DNA of 64,000 nt from Paraspadella gotoi (lineage: Eukaryota > Animalia > Chaetognatha), in assembly GCA_051294375.1 (NCBI GenBank), contig CM119271.1:7007632-7071631 (forward strand). Reading direction: 5' to 3'. Shown piece after piece: positions 24,190-36,537 of the stretch (within the stretch, counting starts at the first letter, position 1; the number at the start of each line of letters is the position of its first letter). The position numbers and the translations under genes are program-made. The notes under the pieces are model-generated. The model searched no databases and was not told the DNA's origin. It saw only the letters and a list, made by a program, of their open reading frames with translations.

Positions 24190-27109
24190 AAAGATTTTAT
24201 CGGAAACTGGCGAAGAAATCGGGGAACCAGTCGATCTGCCCGTTGCCCTGAAGTCCGATCAATTGCAGTTGGTTGTCAACGCGTTCCTTTCCAAAGACAA
24301 GAAGGTAAGTTTACTTTTGTTTCTTTCGGTAATCGCAATGTTCACAATGGACCAATTCTTAAATGGTTTATGGTCAGAGTGAAGATGACGACGAACTCGA
24401 CGAACCGTCGCCCTTCGCCTTTTTCGTGGAAAATGACGTGGAGATCACTTCTACTCTGGCGGCCGCCCTCTCCGCCCTTCCCGATATCGACACCGAAAAG
24501 GCCGTCAAGATAACGGCTCAGCCGCAGGCCTTTTTCAAAGTACAGGCTGTGACCAGGTACGTCGTCTGATTCGAGAATCATTTTACGTACAACAATAAGG
24601 TATCACAGATGCATTACATCATATCCCATAATATCACATCGTAGATGCACGTCATCGCTGCCCGGTCACGCGGAAGCAGTGATAAGCGTCTCTTTCGGTC
24701 CTGACGGCCGTCAGTTAGCGAGCGGTTCCGGCGATACCACAGTCCGACTTTGGGACCTCACTACTGAGATGCCGTTGCACACTTGCGAGGTTAGGGCGTG
24801 AAACGAGAAAGGGACTGAAAATCTTAAATGTCTTTGTGTTTAAATATTTGAAAGTTTTTTGGGGGAGAGGACGAGGGAGAGATCCTTTGGGGGGGGGGAG
24901 GAATGTTTATTTTAAGCTCGCTTTCCTTTTGACTTCAGAATCACAAAAATTGGGTCTTGGCACTAGCCTGGGCACCTGATGGAAGAAAATTGGCGTCGGC
25001 GGACAAGAACGGTCACATTCTCATCTGGGATCCAGAAACTGGGAAGCCTCTCGTGAAACCCTTGACGGGTGAGGCCTCGTTTCAGGGTGACATCGGAACC
25101 TTATTCTCTCTTTTGATACGCTCGCGTTCCATTCATTCTCACAGGTCACAAGCAATGGGTCACGTTCCTTTCGTGGGAACCGCTTCACGTGGCGGCGCCT
25201 TCGCGGCGTTTCGCTTCGGCCTCCAAGGACGGAGACGTTCGCGTCTGGGACTCCCTGTTGGGCAAGTGCGAGCGTACGTTGAGCGGGCACACGGCCTCCA
25301 TCACGTGCGTTCGATGGGGTGGAAAGGGACTGCTGTACTCTTCTTCGCAAGACAGGTTGGTGCTTATTGGTTGAGCGTACTTAAAATGCATGTCAAACAA
25401 TTCTTGCATTTGTTTGAATAACATGAATCTCGTATGCGCTGTTGCTGAATTATTTAAATTAGTGTTTTTTAATGGATAACTAGAAATTAAAATCGTCTCG
25501 TCTCTCAGAACTATAAAGGTCTGGCGAGCTAATGACGGCGTTCTCTGTCGCACGCTCACTGGCCACGCACACTGGGTCAACACGCTTGCGCTTAACTCGG
25601 ACTACGCGTTAAGAACCGGTGCCTTCGATCCAGCCGAAAAATCCATCCGCAAGGTCATTTTGACGGGTCCTTTTTTTTTGAAAAAAAAAAAAATCCAGTT
25701 GTCGATCGCTCCGTGTTCGCTTCAACGCTTTAATTATTTAAAACGTGGCCCAAAAAAAAATTTGTTTAGACCGAAGGTCCTTCAAACCCCGATGAAATGC
25801 GCAACTCCGCGCTGAAACGATACAACTCTCTCACTTCGTCCGGGTCAAGCGAACGACTTCTCAGTGGATCCGACGACTTCACGCTTTTCCTTTGGGCGCC
25901 GGGGGAAGAGAAGAAACCCGTTGCGCGACTCACGGGTCACATGCAACTCGTTAACGACGTCAAGTTTTCTCCCGGTGAATCTTATGTCGATAGTAAAATA
26001 AAAAAGATTAGAAGTAATGTTAAATAATGATTATAATAATCTTCATGATGTACGTATTATAAAAAAAAAAATCTTTAGACGGACGTCGCATCGCCAGCGC
26101 CTCTTTCGACAAGAGCATTAAACTGTGGGACGGTCGGACGGGTAAATACTTGGCGTCGCTGCGCGGTCACGTCGGAGCTGTCTACCAAATTGCCTGGTCG
26201 GCGGACTCACGACTTCTCGTTTCTGGATCGGCAGATTCTACTCTCAAGGTGGGGTACAAAAATGGAGATGGTGACAATGAAAGTTAATAGAATAAATAAT
26301 GCTAATTAGTTAAATAGCTTAATAGTTACATGCCCGTTGTTTTTCTGACCTGCTGCTATGATTTCTTTTAGACAGTTTTTTTTCCAAAAGTCAACTTTTA
26401 GTGAATTAACCATTAGTTGTCTTATCAAAAATATTTTATTTGTAATATAATTCTATGGTGGACTAAAATCCACCAACCGTTCATCAGCGGCCATTGGTGC
26501 CGGAGGCAAGTCATTCGCCTCCCAACCCAAAGGTCCGGGGTTCTAGCCCGGTGATCGTCTGGCAGTTAAGAGGGACGGGGCGCTTAACCCGCCTGTAACA
26601 TCGTGTTACAGCCTGATCCGAAGCTCAGGGACTGCTTATATTGAACGGTTTTATCACTAACTCATAACAATAATTACTGTCTCTTCAATTCATTCTTAAA
26701 AAATAATACCGATTTCATAGGGCATATTTTTGCACAGTCAAATTTTTACAAAAGCTAAATACTACCGAAGAGCAAAATCAATTTTTCCTTGAACGGCAAG
26801 AATTGTCATTTTGCAAATCCTTTATTGATTTTTTTTTTTTTCGCGAATCCCTTCAGCGACAAAATATTCTTTGCGAAACGTCCTTGCATGCTGACTATTC
26901 ACTATTCAGTCTCAACAAAAGTTGTTTGTATTCACAAAAGTTGTTTGTATTTACAATTGATTTTTTAGGTATGGAACGTGGCGAAAACCAAGATTCTCGG
27001 GGATCTCCCGGGCCACGCGGACGAAGTGTACGCGGTGGACTGGAGCCCCGACGGCACGCGAGTCGTCAGCGGAGGCAAGGACAAAGTTCTCAAAATTTGG
27101 CGTCGATGA
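24190..27109 (+). CDS. NLE1: Notchless homolog (NLE domain plus WD40 repeats), multi-exon; start codon not resolved
   Basis: [94 protein letters not shown]...[13 protein letters not shown]. Confidence 0.92.
26480..26688 (+). mobile_element. tRNA-derived SINE, copy 1 (NLE1 intron)
   Basis: Near-identical to 62841-63047; A-box-like tggtgccggagg and B-box-like ggttctagccc in a tRNA-like head, followed by a structured core. Confidence 0.8.
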
Positions 27110-27577
27110 AAAAAATATGAATGTTGGGGAAACCGAAGAGTTACCTCTTTAGGGAAAAAGATGTAAAACACGAACGATCGAGATTAGAAAGCGAGCTAAG
27201 GCAACTGAGTCGACCATCGTCAAGATAAATTGCGTAATCGGATTCGTCCTTTCTTATCATCCGCGCGTCAGAGCGGATTTTCCGCGCGAGCGAGCGCCGA
27301 TTCGCTATTTTGTTTTTCTCATTCCTCTGTTGCACGTTTCAAGGCGTGGCTTCCAACTTCGCTCTGCCCAACTTTCTTTTTTTTTGTCTAGACCCGTGAC
27401 GAAATTTTGTTACTCGTTATGAATTGTTTCGTTTTCCAGAAATTTTTCTTTTTTCCTCTCGTGCGGTGAAGATGAGGGTCGAGAAACTCTCACCGCACGG
27501 CGTTGAGTAAAACGAGGAATAACGAATTCGTTTTCTCTCCGACTCAAAAAACTTGGCCCGATAAAAGATATGACAAA

Positions 27578-30500
27578 ATGCGGACGAAGAAACACATAGT
27601 GGAAGACATGGTGTTCGTGAATCACCTCCCGGACGAATCTTCGTCCTCGCCCACTTTCTCCACTCCCCACCGCCACCTATCAATTGTGATAATAAACTCG
27701 GACGGCTCGACTTCGCCGTCGTCTTCGATCTCTCCGCGTCGCTCCAGTCGCCGGTCTTCGTTCCACCTGTCGTCGACGCGTCTTTTGCTCGCCAAGTCTT
27801 TTCTCTTGCTGTTCTGTTGGGTCTCGCTGGGCCTCCGTTCCGTGACTCCGGGAGAGGTCTCCGGCGTGGGGATCGAGTCGAACTCGACAGTCACTCCTGG
27901 GCCTTTATCCGCCAACGTCACTCCTACTGATTCGATTCAGACACTGAACGCGAGTGCGGGATCGACTTCTTATCCGCGCAGGACGAGGTGAGACTGAGAT
28001 TGAGGTGGGTGGGGGAAGAGGAAGAGGATATCTGCTTAAAAGTTTGTTTCGTCAAAGTCTTGACTGAAGCTGAAGTGACCGAGAGGAGAGAGGGTGCCTC
28101 TCTGAGGTTGTGGATCACCCCCACACTTAGTGTCCCCAGTAGGTCTGGGAGATTTTTCCGTCTGTTGCCTTGCTTTCCGGAACTTCGGATCCGGCTGTAG
28201 GCTTGCTACCGGTGGTTAAACCGGCCCGTCACTCTTTTGCAAGGACCGTTCCGACAAGGGCCAGAACCCGAGACCATCGAGTTCGGAGATAGTCCAGTGA
28301 CCTATTATGGCTTTGATAGAAAGAACGGGTAGTGATATTACATCACTACTAAGACACATTATTTTGAAATATCAGAACTTATCCCTCCCCCTTTTTTTTT
28401 TCCGGTAGCGGTTCTATAATATCCTGCCGGCCCGGCGCCCCCCCTTGCCACTTCGGTCGCTGCGACGACGGCGATTGCGTGTGCGACGCCGGATGGACCG
28501 GCACCGGATGCGAGGTGTGCCAAGGGCGTGGTCTTCTGCGTGGCGAAGGCGGCGTCGTCACCGACGGCGCCGGGAATTATACCATGGACACCACATGCAC
28601 ATGGCTCGTCAAAGTGCCGGAAAATAAAAGGTAAATAAGATGATCGGAAATCATGAAGAGAGAATGTAATTTGATAAGGAACTGATATTAAATGGTCGCA
28701 AATCAATACGTATATTTTTTATCTATTATTTTTCCCTTATGTAGAATCCGTTTAAACTTTGACCACTTTGCGACGGAGTGTTCCTGGGACCATCTCTACG
28801 TTTACGACGGTGATTCGGCCTTCGCTCCACTCCTGGGAATCTTCTCCGGTCTCATCACCCCCGCCGTCAACCCCGACCGCGGCTACGCCCCCGAGATCGT
28901 CTCCTCCAACAACACCCTCTATCTACACTTTTACAGCGACGCCGCCTACAACATGACGGGATTCTCGTTAAACTTTACTGCCGAAGATTGTGAAGATGGT
29001 GGGATATTTTAATCAGTTTTAATTTGGGACCGAGTCATTGAGATTCATCGTTAATTCAGGATCATGTTGTCCCCGAAATTGTTCCGGTAGTGGAGTTTGT
29101 TCGGCGTCAGGATCGTGTCGTTGCGACGACGGACTGATAGGAGATTCTTGTAGCATTCCATCTTGCTCTCAAGGTGATTAATAAATAATCAATGCGATTC
29201 TCTTTTTACAAGTTTTTATTTATTTAATGATCATTTATTATTTTTTTTTTTTGATTTATTATCGATTATTGAGAATTAACCAGTAAAGATCACGCGACAT
29301 CAAATTGATTTACACAGAAATAAGCAACAAACAATTGGGCAATAAGGAGACAAATGGGGGGGGAAAAGACGGATGAAAACAATAATAAAAATATATACTA
29401 TAATTATGACCACAAGACTACGCTAGTTCATTTACAACCGCAACTTTTAATCGTCACCACCGTTTTCAAGTCCATGTCCGGAGTGAGAAACTCGTGCTTT
29501 TCGTATGAAGTGGCGATGCACGATGTCTTCCGCTTTATCAAAGACATGAGACAAACGCTTGGGTCCTTCTCGTCTCGCAGGACGCACTTTTGACGTTTGA
29601 CGCCGTCGCAGGCTCCGACGCATTTTCCGACGTCGATCTCGCGAACGTGGCGTTCCATCCTGCGCGACGTCTTGTTGTACATGGCCTCGTAATAAACTTC
29701 CTTGTAGGAGGCCCGGAAGCACTTTTTCCTGCAGCCGCATTGGCTCACGACGGGCATGCTCCTGTCTCCATTGGGCGTGGGTATTGTCACCGTCGTGTTG
29801 GCGACGGGAGTGCACTGCGTCCCTGTCTCGAAGCAGGTGCCCCCGCACTTTCCCACGTCGACACGGCGTTCATAGGGAGAGTTGGGGTGGAAGATCTTGA
29901 TCATGGGCAGACGCATGCAGGTGTCGGGAGGCGTGGCGCAAGCGCAGTCGTCCACCACCTCCGCTTCGACGAGACCGTTGAGTAGGTGCCACCGCTCTAT
30001 CTTTTTTCGCACGGGGAAGCAAGAGCTGGCGGCGTCACACATGACGTCGGCTCCTTCGCTCTCGTGATTCGTTGGCGTTTCTATTGAAGAGATGTCTCGA
30101 CGATATCGATCTCTACCGTAGAGAAATCTTGGCTTGATGCTCGGCGCTTTGGACACGAACGGCGGTGGAATGAGAGAAATGCCCGCCGCGTGCTCGTTTT
30201 CCTTCTTGAAGGGACATTGGCGGGAACACTCGCCCACGTCCACTTCAACGGGCCGACCGTAGGTGTCATATCCGATGTTCTTGAACTTCACCTTTCGCAC
30301 GCAGCAGTTGCCAGATGGTAGAGGAGGCAACGGACGCCGCGATCCGCGACCGCCGCCGTAAAGGACCGAGGTGTGGGAGAGAAGATCCTCCCTGTTGTTT
30401 TCGTAGAGCCGATTCCCTCTCCGTGCCTCGTAGAGAGGGTTGGGCGGGGTGTGGTCAAAGACGGCCTTCGTTCGCCGATCCGGGATGGGAAAAGGCAAAA

Positions 30501-32244
30501 CATCCGTGCCCGTTACCTTGGAGGTTGAAGACTTAACTGACAGGCTCGAACGTGGTGCGTCGTGGAGGCGCAGATGGTGGTGTTGGTTGATCCTATGCGA
30601 ATCCTCCACTTTCCCATCGAACGTCCGTAGGTGACGATTGCGTTTTCGCTGTTGCCGACGTCCGCCGTTCTTTTTTTCCGGCCTTGTTCGTTGGTTCAAC
30701 AAAGACATCGACGTAGTGTGTCTTAAGTCTTCTCGTCTTTTGCCACGAACTCTCTCCAACTCGTGCGCGTGCGGAGCCTCTGGTAGGGGGCGTGGGGGAT
30801 TCGGGTGCTCGGCGCCATCGTCAATGACCAATTGTTTGGAAATATTCGTCCATAACGCGTTGCTCCTCGAGCTCTCCATTTGGAAGAAAGAGTCGCCCAG
30901 ATCGAAGAGCGGGGAAACGTAGAGGCATAAGAGAAGGAGATTCCGCGGAGTATCGCGGAAAGACTGAGAGGAAGGGGACATGGCGAGTTCTTTTTTTTAC
31001 GATTTGATCACAGTTGCACGGTGGGGTGGTACGCTTGTGAATGTACGGGAAGGTCAGTTTCTACTATTTAACGAGAGTTGTATATGGCACGGGATTGCAC
31101 TTTTTATGTGTTTTAGAGGATATTTTATTTTTAAATTAAGGAAATTAAAAATGACGCATCACGTTTACTTAAGATCAGCATTGATTTTATACCGAATTTG
31201 GCGGTAAAAACGTCGTCGTTTTCGTTCGTCTTCATTTTCGGTGTTTGGGGTGAAAATATGAGGATTTACGATTATCGGAGAAATCGACGAGAGGAGGAAG
31301 AGAAATGTGAGGATGAGGAAGTGGTCGGAGATGAGGAGGAGGAGGAGGAGAGGGAAGAGGAAAAGTGAGACGACGGAGAAAATACTGAGGTGGCGGCGCG
31401 GACTTAGCGGGGTCAAGACACCGTCGTCTTAGTCGTCGAGCAAACGAGACGACAATGATAGCGACTATTCGCGACTTCGTCCCGGATAACAACTTCTCAA
31501 ACCTATCATAATCCCAAAGCCCCCTTCTCCCCCCCCCCTCGAAATCGTTCATCTTCGAAAACGTCGTCGCCTCGTCTGTTTTCTTTCTTCCCTTGTTTAT
31601 TTTCGTTTTCCCCCCGCGCCGAGACCGAATTCAATGCCAGTCTAGGCTCCTCACTTTCCTCCTCTGCTTTTCAGGAAGTTTTCTAGAAATAACAGGAAAC
31701 GAGGATTTTTTGAGGGAAGTTTCGGGACTTTAGACTAAACTTTTTTTCTTTCATTTATTAGAGAAAGAGAGAGACTTAATTTACCCAGGGGCAAACATTA
31801 CTATTGTTTGGTTTGTTTAAAAAAAGGTCTCCGTGAAAATCAAAATTGTAATTGTATCGTTGAGAGAGAAGATTGAAAGAGAATTCCTGTTAAAAAATTG
31901 TTAAGTGTTTGCAAATACGATTTGAGTCCCACACGGTAGAACCCCACCTACCTTTTATTCCTTCGGCAAATTGACAATTTTGCGCTACGTATAATCCAGA
32001 GGAGCTTTAGAAAAGTCATTTCTATCGAATTTTTTCTCTCTTTCGCCCTCTCCCTCTTATAAACAAAGACCGCCCTTTTCCGAAGATCGTGCCCCAGATT
32101 CTGATACCTTGCAACATCTGTTAGTACTCTTCGGAATCTCGATCGTTGTTACTCTATTGCACTGTGTATTTTGTAAAGGATACGAGACTAACCGTGAGAT
32201 TGCGACAGAACCAAAATAACTTTTTTTTTTCCTTTTACTCCGTA

Positions 32245-32307
<63 letters not shown>

Positions 32308-35300
32308 CTTTCGGGGCGCCGTCACTTCGGGGGGTGATTGTTAGGGGTCGTCTTAAAGATCGTAGTGGAGGAGGAAAAACAAATCATGGGATGGCACCCC
32401 ATGAAAGGTCGGCTCCACAATAAGACGGCCGACGGAGCGATATTGTCTGATCCCGAGAAAGAGAAGTCGGCGAGAACCAAGAGCTCGAATCGATATGGAT
32501 GATGGTTGAAAACTCGCGCGGAATGAAGAAGCCGAAGGCAAAGATGAGATTTTGAAAAAAACCGATGGGGTTTTCTTTTTCTCTCCGTGGTGACACCTGG
32601 TCTCGATCGAATCCGCAGTTTTCGTTATCTTAATCCATACTTAATCCCTGCTTTGGTAGTGAGGAAAAATCAGAGTTTGAATGGGATGGCTCCCCCACAC
32701 GTTTGTTTTCCATAAGATTTACATCGACTGAACCCCCCGATATTTCTTGTCCCAGAAATTTTTTTTTTATCGGCTCAGGACTCCTGGTGTTTATTTTCCC
32801 TTCAATCTTCCCGCCAGTTTAGGCTTTCCTTCTACACCGCATGGAAAAAAAAAATGATGAATCGAGGGATTAGCAAGGGGGAGGTTTGTTTATAGGAAAA
32901 GTCTAACCGTTTCGCAGTATTTAAAATTTGTTTACTTTACGTATGTGATTCATTAAAAGCTTTATCCGGGTTTTAAGGCTGTTTTTCATGGGGTGGTGCG
33001 GTGGGGCGATTTGTAAATCCGATTTCATCGTAATTACGTATTAGAAAAATTATTTCCTTAGTCAAATGCGATCAAGTTATTTTTAATTCCTCTGTACTTT
33101 TTCCATCAGCGAAATCTGGTCCAACCTCCCCACCCCCCCTCGACAACGAAGCCTTTCTCCACTCCTTCGCCAACGCGGATTGCGGTTGCAACGTGACGCA
33201 TCGAGGCCCTCAATGTCGCGCCCCCCGAGGAGAGGGCCTCTGGCAGGTCCTCGAGCCCGAATGGGACGCGCGTCCCCTGCCAGCCCTGGCTTCTTTCGCG
33301 CCCGTGTTGGACGAGACGGAATCCATCCTCTACGTCGTCGGCGGAACGAGCTTCGTCCGAAACGAGCAACACCCCTTCCTCTCCGCGTTCCACTTAAAGA
33401 ACGGGGAGCCGTCCACGTGGCGTTTGAAGGGTGAGTCGAGTGCGAAGCGGCGGAGATGCTCATTGGTCACTCACCTTCTCCTTTCACAGGAAAAAACTTG
33501 ACGGCATCCTCGGCACCGTCTCCTCGCTACGGCCACACGGCGAATCTCTATAAGTCTCGGGTGATCGTATTTGGCGGGGTCATCAATGGCTCCGTCATCA
33601 CCAACCAACTCTGGGAATTCAATCTCAAAGACTCCAGGTTTTAATTTATTAGCTTCCCCTTTTTAGTTGCGCCGCGAGTACTTGCGGAGTCACTTTTCGG
33701 TTTGTCGGTCGTTATGTCTGTCCGTCGGTCTGTCACACTTACATTAAAAATGCATATAATTTGCCTATAGTTATTTGTTAAGACAGAAAAAAACCTCAAA
33801 TCTAAGGGACTGCGAGCGCCGCTTTCAAGAATTCCAAAATCTATAAGGAATAACAGACGGAATTTTGATGCAGTGTATGTCATATATACACGGGCAAAAA
33901 AGAAAAATACACGTGAAAATAAAGTCTCTGTTGCGCAACACATTGGAATTATCGTTCTTGTTAAAAATAAAATTGGTTGTTTAAATATAAACCTGTCCGT
34001 TCTAATCTCTAACGCAACAAAATTGAAAGAATAAAAATCAAGTTTATATCCATTTTTGGTCGACATGATTGAGACATTTTTTCGAAATTGCTTTCGATGT
34101 AACTTTTCTAAATGATCTCGAAGAACAAAGAACCTTTTTCGATTCTCTTTCGATCCAATTAACTTCTTGGTGTCCCGCTGATTTCTCTTGTCTTTTTTTC
34201 TTTTCAAGTCTTTTCTTCAGTTTTCTTTTCTTCGTTCTCGTCTTTGTTTTTTTCTTTTCCCGGTTTTCTTTTCTTCTCTAATTCTCTTCTCTTCTCTTAA
34301 TTATCCTGTTCTCTTGTCTTCTGTTCTCTCTCTTATCTCTTTTCATTTTTTTTCACAGTTGGTCGTCGTTGTCGCCAGTAGCGAACGCGACGCCGAGCGC
34401 CGCGAAGTTGGCGCCCCCTCTGGCCGTGACGGGCCACGCGTCCGTCGTGGTTGGCGACAGGCTCGTCGTCATTTTCGGTCACTCGCCCATGTACGGCTAC
34501 GTGAATCACGTCCAAGAGTTGGACCTCGAGTCGAAGACCTGGTCGCTTCCCAAAGTCCAAGGGGCCGTCGTGAAGGGTAAGAATTTTTTTTTAAAAATTG
34601 AACGTTCAACGAAGTCGTGTCAAATCTGCATTTTATTTCCTCGCACGATCCTTCTCAAAACAGGTGGGTACGGCCACACCGCCACCTACTTGGCCGCCAA
34701 ACGACTCATCTTCGTCCACGGCGGTTTAGTAAGCGAGAAACAAACGGCCTCTCATCTCGTCGACAGCCTCTACGAGTTCGATCCGTTTAAGAGGTTTTGG
34801 AGGATTTTAAGGCCGAGCGGACAACCAAAATATCTGCACTCTTCGGTAACCTTTTTTTTCGAGATTAAGGGATTGAAATCTAATTTGTTTAATATCTTTC
34901 CGTTCATGGTTTTATGAAATTTTTTTTCTTCGTCGTTTTGAAATTGATGAAATTTGTTTTCCCGTCGTTTCATGAAATTTTTTCTGTCGTTTTGCGTCCA
35001 AAATAAGAGTAATTAACTGAGAGTCTTGATTTAAAACTTGCAGGGTGCTGCAATGTTATTATCTTGTAAGAGGGCCTGTAAGAGTAGCCTGTCCAAAGCA
35101 AGATAGCTTATTTATTGCATTATTAGATAATTTTATCTTGGTTGTACGTATTTATTAATCTCCATCTCGTCACCCTTCCTCACCCTTAGCTCTTCCCCCT
35201 TCCATAGGTTTTCATTAACGGTCTCCTCCTCGTCTTCGGCGGTAACACTCACAAAGACACTTCGATGTCCTTCGGCGCCAAATGTTTCTCGGCGGATTTT

Positions 35301-35676
35301 CTCGCCTACGACGTCGACTGCGGCTCGTGGCACCGTCTTCCGGCGCCTCGTTCCACGATGGGTCACGAGGTGGCGCGTTTTGGACACGGCGCCGTCGCCT
35401 TTGGGAAAGGAGACGAAGCCAAGGTAGGCTGTGAAGGTTCGATGTTTTATTTGGGTTTACCTGTTGTCTCTTTACTTTTGAGTCACTTTTCTCCGTCATT
35501 TGACTCGATTCTGTCGCAGAGATTCGCCCGAGGTCGAAATTCTCCCCCCCCCCCGGCTTCGATCGATCGACCACGACTGGGAATATCACCGATCTTCGAT
35601 CCGTGCATCAATCCTCGATTTTCGTTTAGCTCCTCCTTTTATTTTCTGGGTGTCTCTCTCTCTCTCTCCTCTCTCT

Positions 35677-35725
<49 letters not shown>

Positions 35726-36469
35726 TCTCTCTCTCTCTCTCTCTCTCTTCCCCCCTTATCTAAACAGTCACGATCACTTTCAGGACAAGGATTAAAAGTT
35801 AAGATGCCTCTTTTTGTTCTTTTGTCCCTAAAAAAAAGTAGGAAAAATGAAATTCTGTCTAACCCTCTTGTTTTACAAGTGTTATGAAAGAATTAAATTA
35901 AAATGTATTTAATAAATCTAAAAGTATACTATGGTATACTATTACTTCTATGACAAACATCTTTTATGACATTGATCCTTTGGTCATTTCTCACCAATTC
36001 TTCTACAACCAATAACCCTCCCTCTCTTCGCAGATGCTCGTCTTCGGAGGCTTCAACGGCTTCGTCCTTCGAGACGCTCTCCTCTTCTCGCCCGCCGTCT
36101 GCGCGGGGATCGCGTCCCGGTCCGAGTGCCTCTCCTCTCGCGCCGGCATCAAGTGCGTTTGGGCCTCGGACAAATTCCGGTGCCGCAGCAAGGCCGAGGC
36201 GGAGACGCTAAGAGCCGACAAGCAGGTCGGGGCAAGGAATGTTGTTGGGGGGGGGCATTGCGGTATGTTCATGACACGCATTGAGTTTGTCGATGTCCCT
36301 TTGATCCATCCTCTCCTTCAATCCCCGATACCCTACCTTTTCTCGAGAATGAAAACTAAAAGCTAAGTGGTTCAACAAAAGAAACTCACGGAAAAAAATC
36401 TTCCTCGCGATTGTTACCTTCATTAAACGGAGCTTCCCCTTTTATTTGCCCTTCGTGTTGGCATGAATC

Positions 36470-36537
<68 letters not shown>

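Noticed and set aside
26480-26560. Functional tRNA gene
   Set aside because: No proper acceptor stem or T-run terminator, and homology to the second copy extends about 130 bp beyond the tRNA-like part, as expected for a SINE
26568-26630. Hammerhead or HDV-like ribozyme
   Set aside because: Lacks the CUGAUGA/GAAA core, and no nested double pseudoknot is evident by eye
31165-31416. Hydrophobic ORF as the signal-peptide exon of the Pinhead-like gene
   Set aside because: The two donor sites examined (31192, 31168) are phase 2 while the acceptor at 30964 is phase 0; hydrophobicity comes from a CT-rich low-complexity tract
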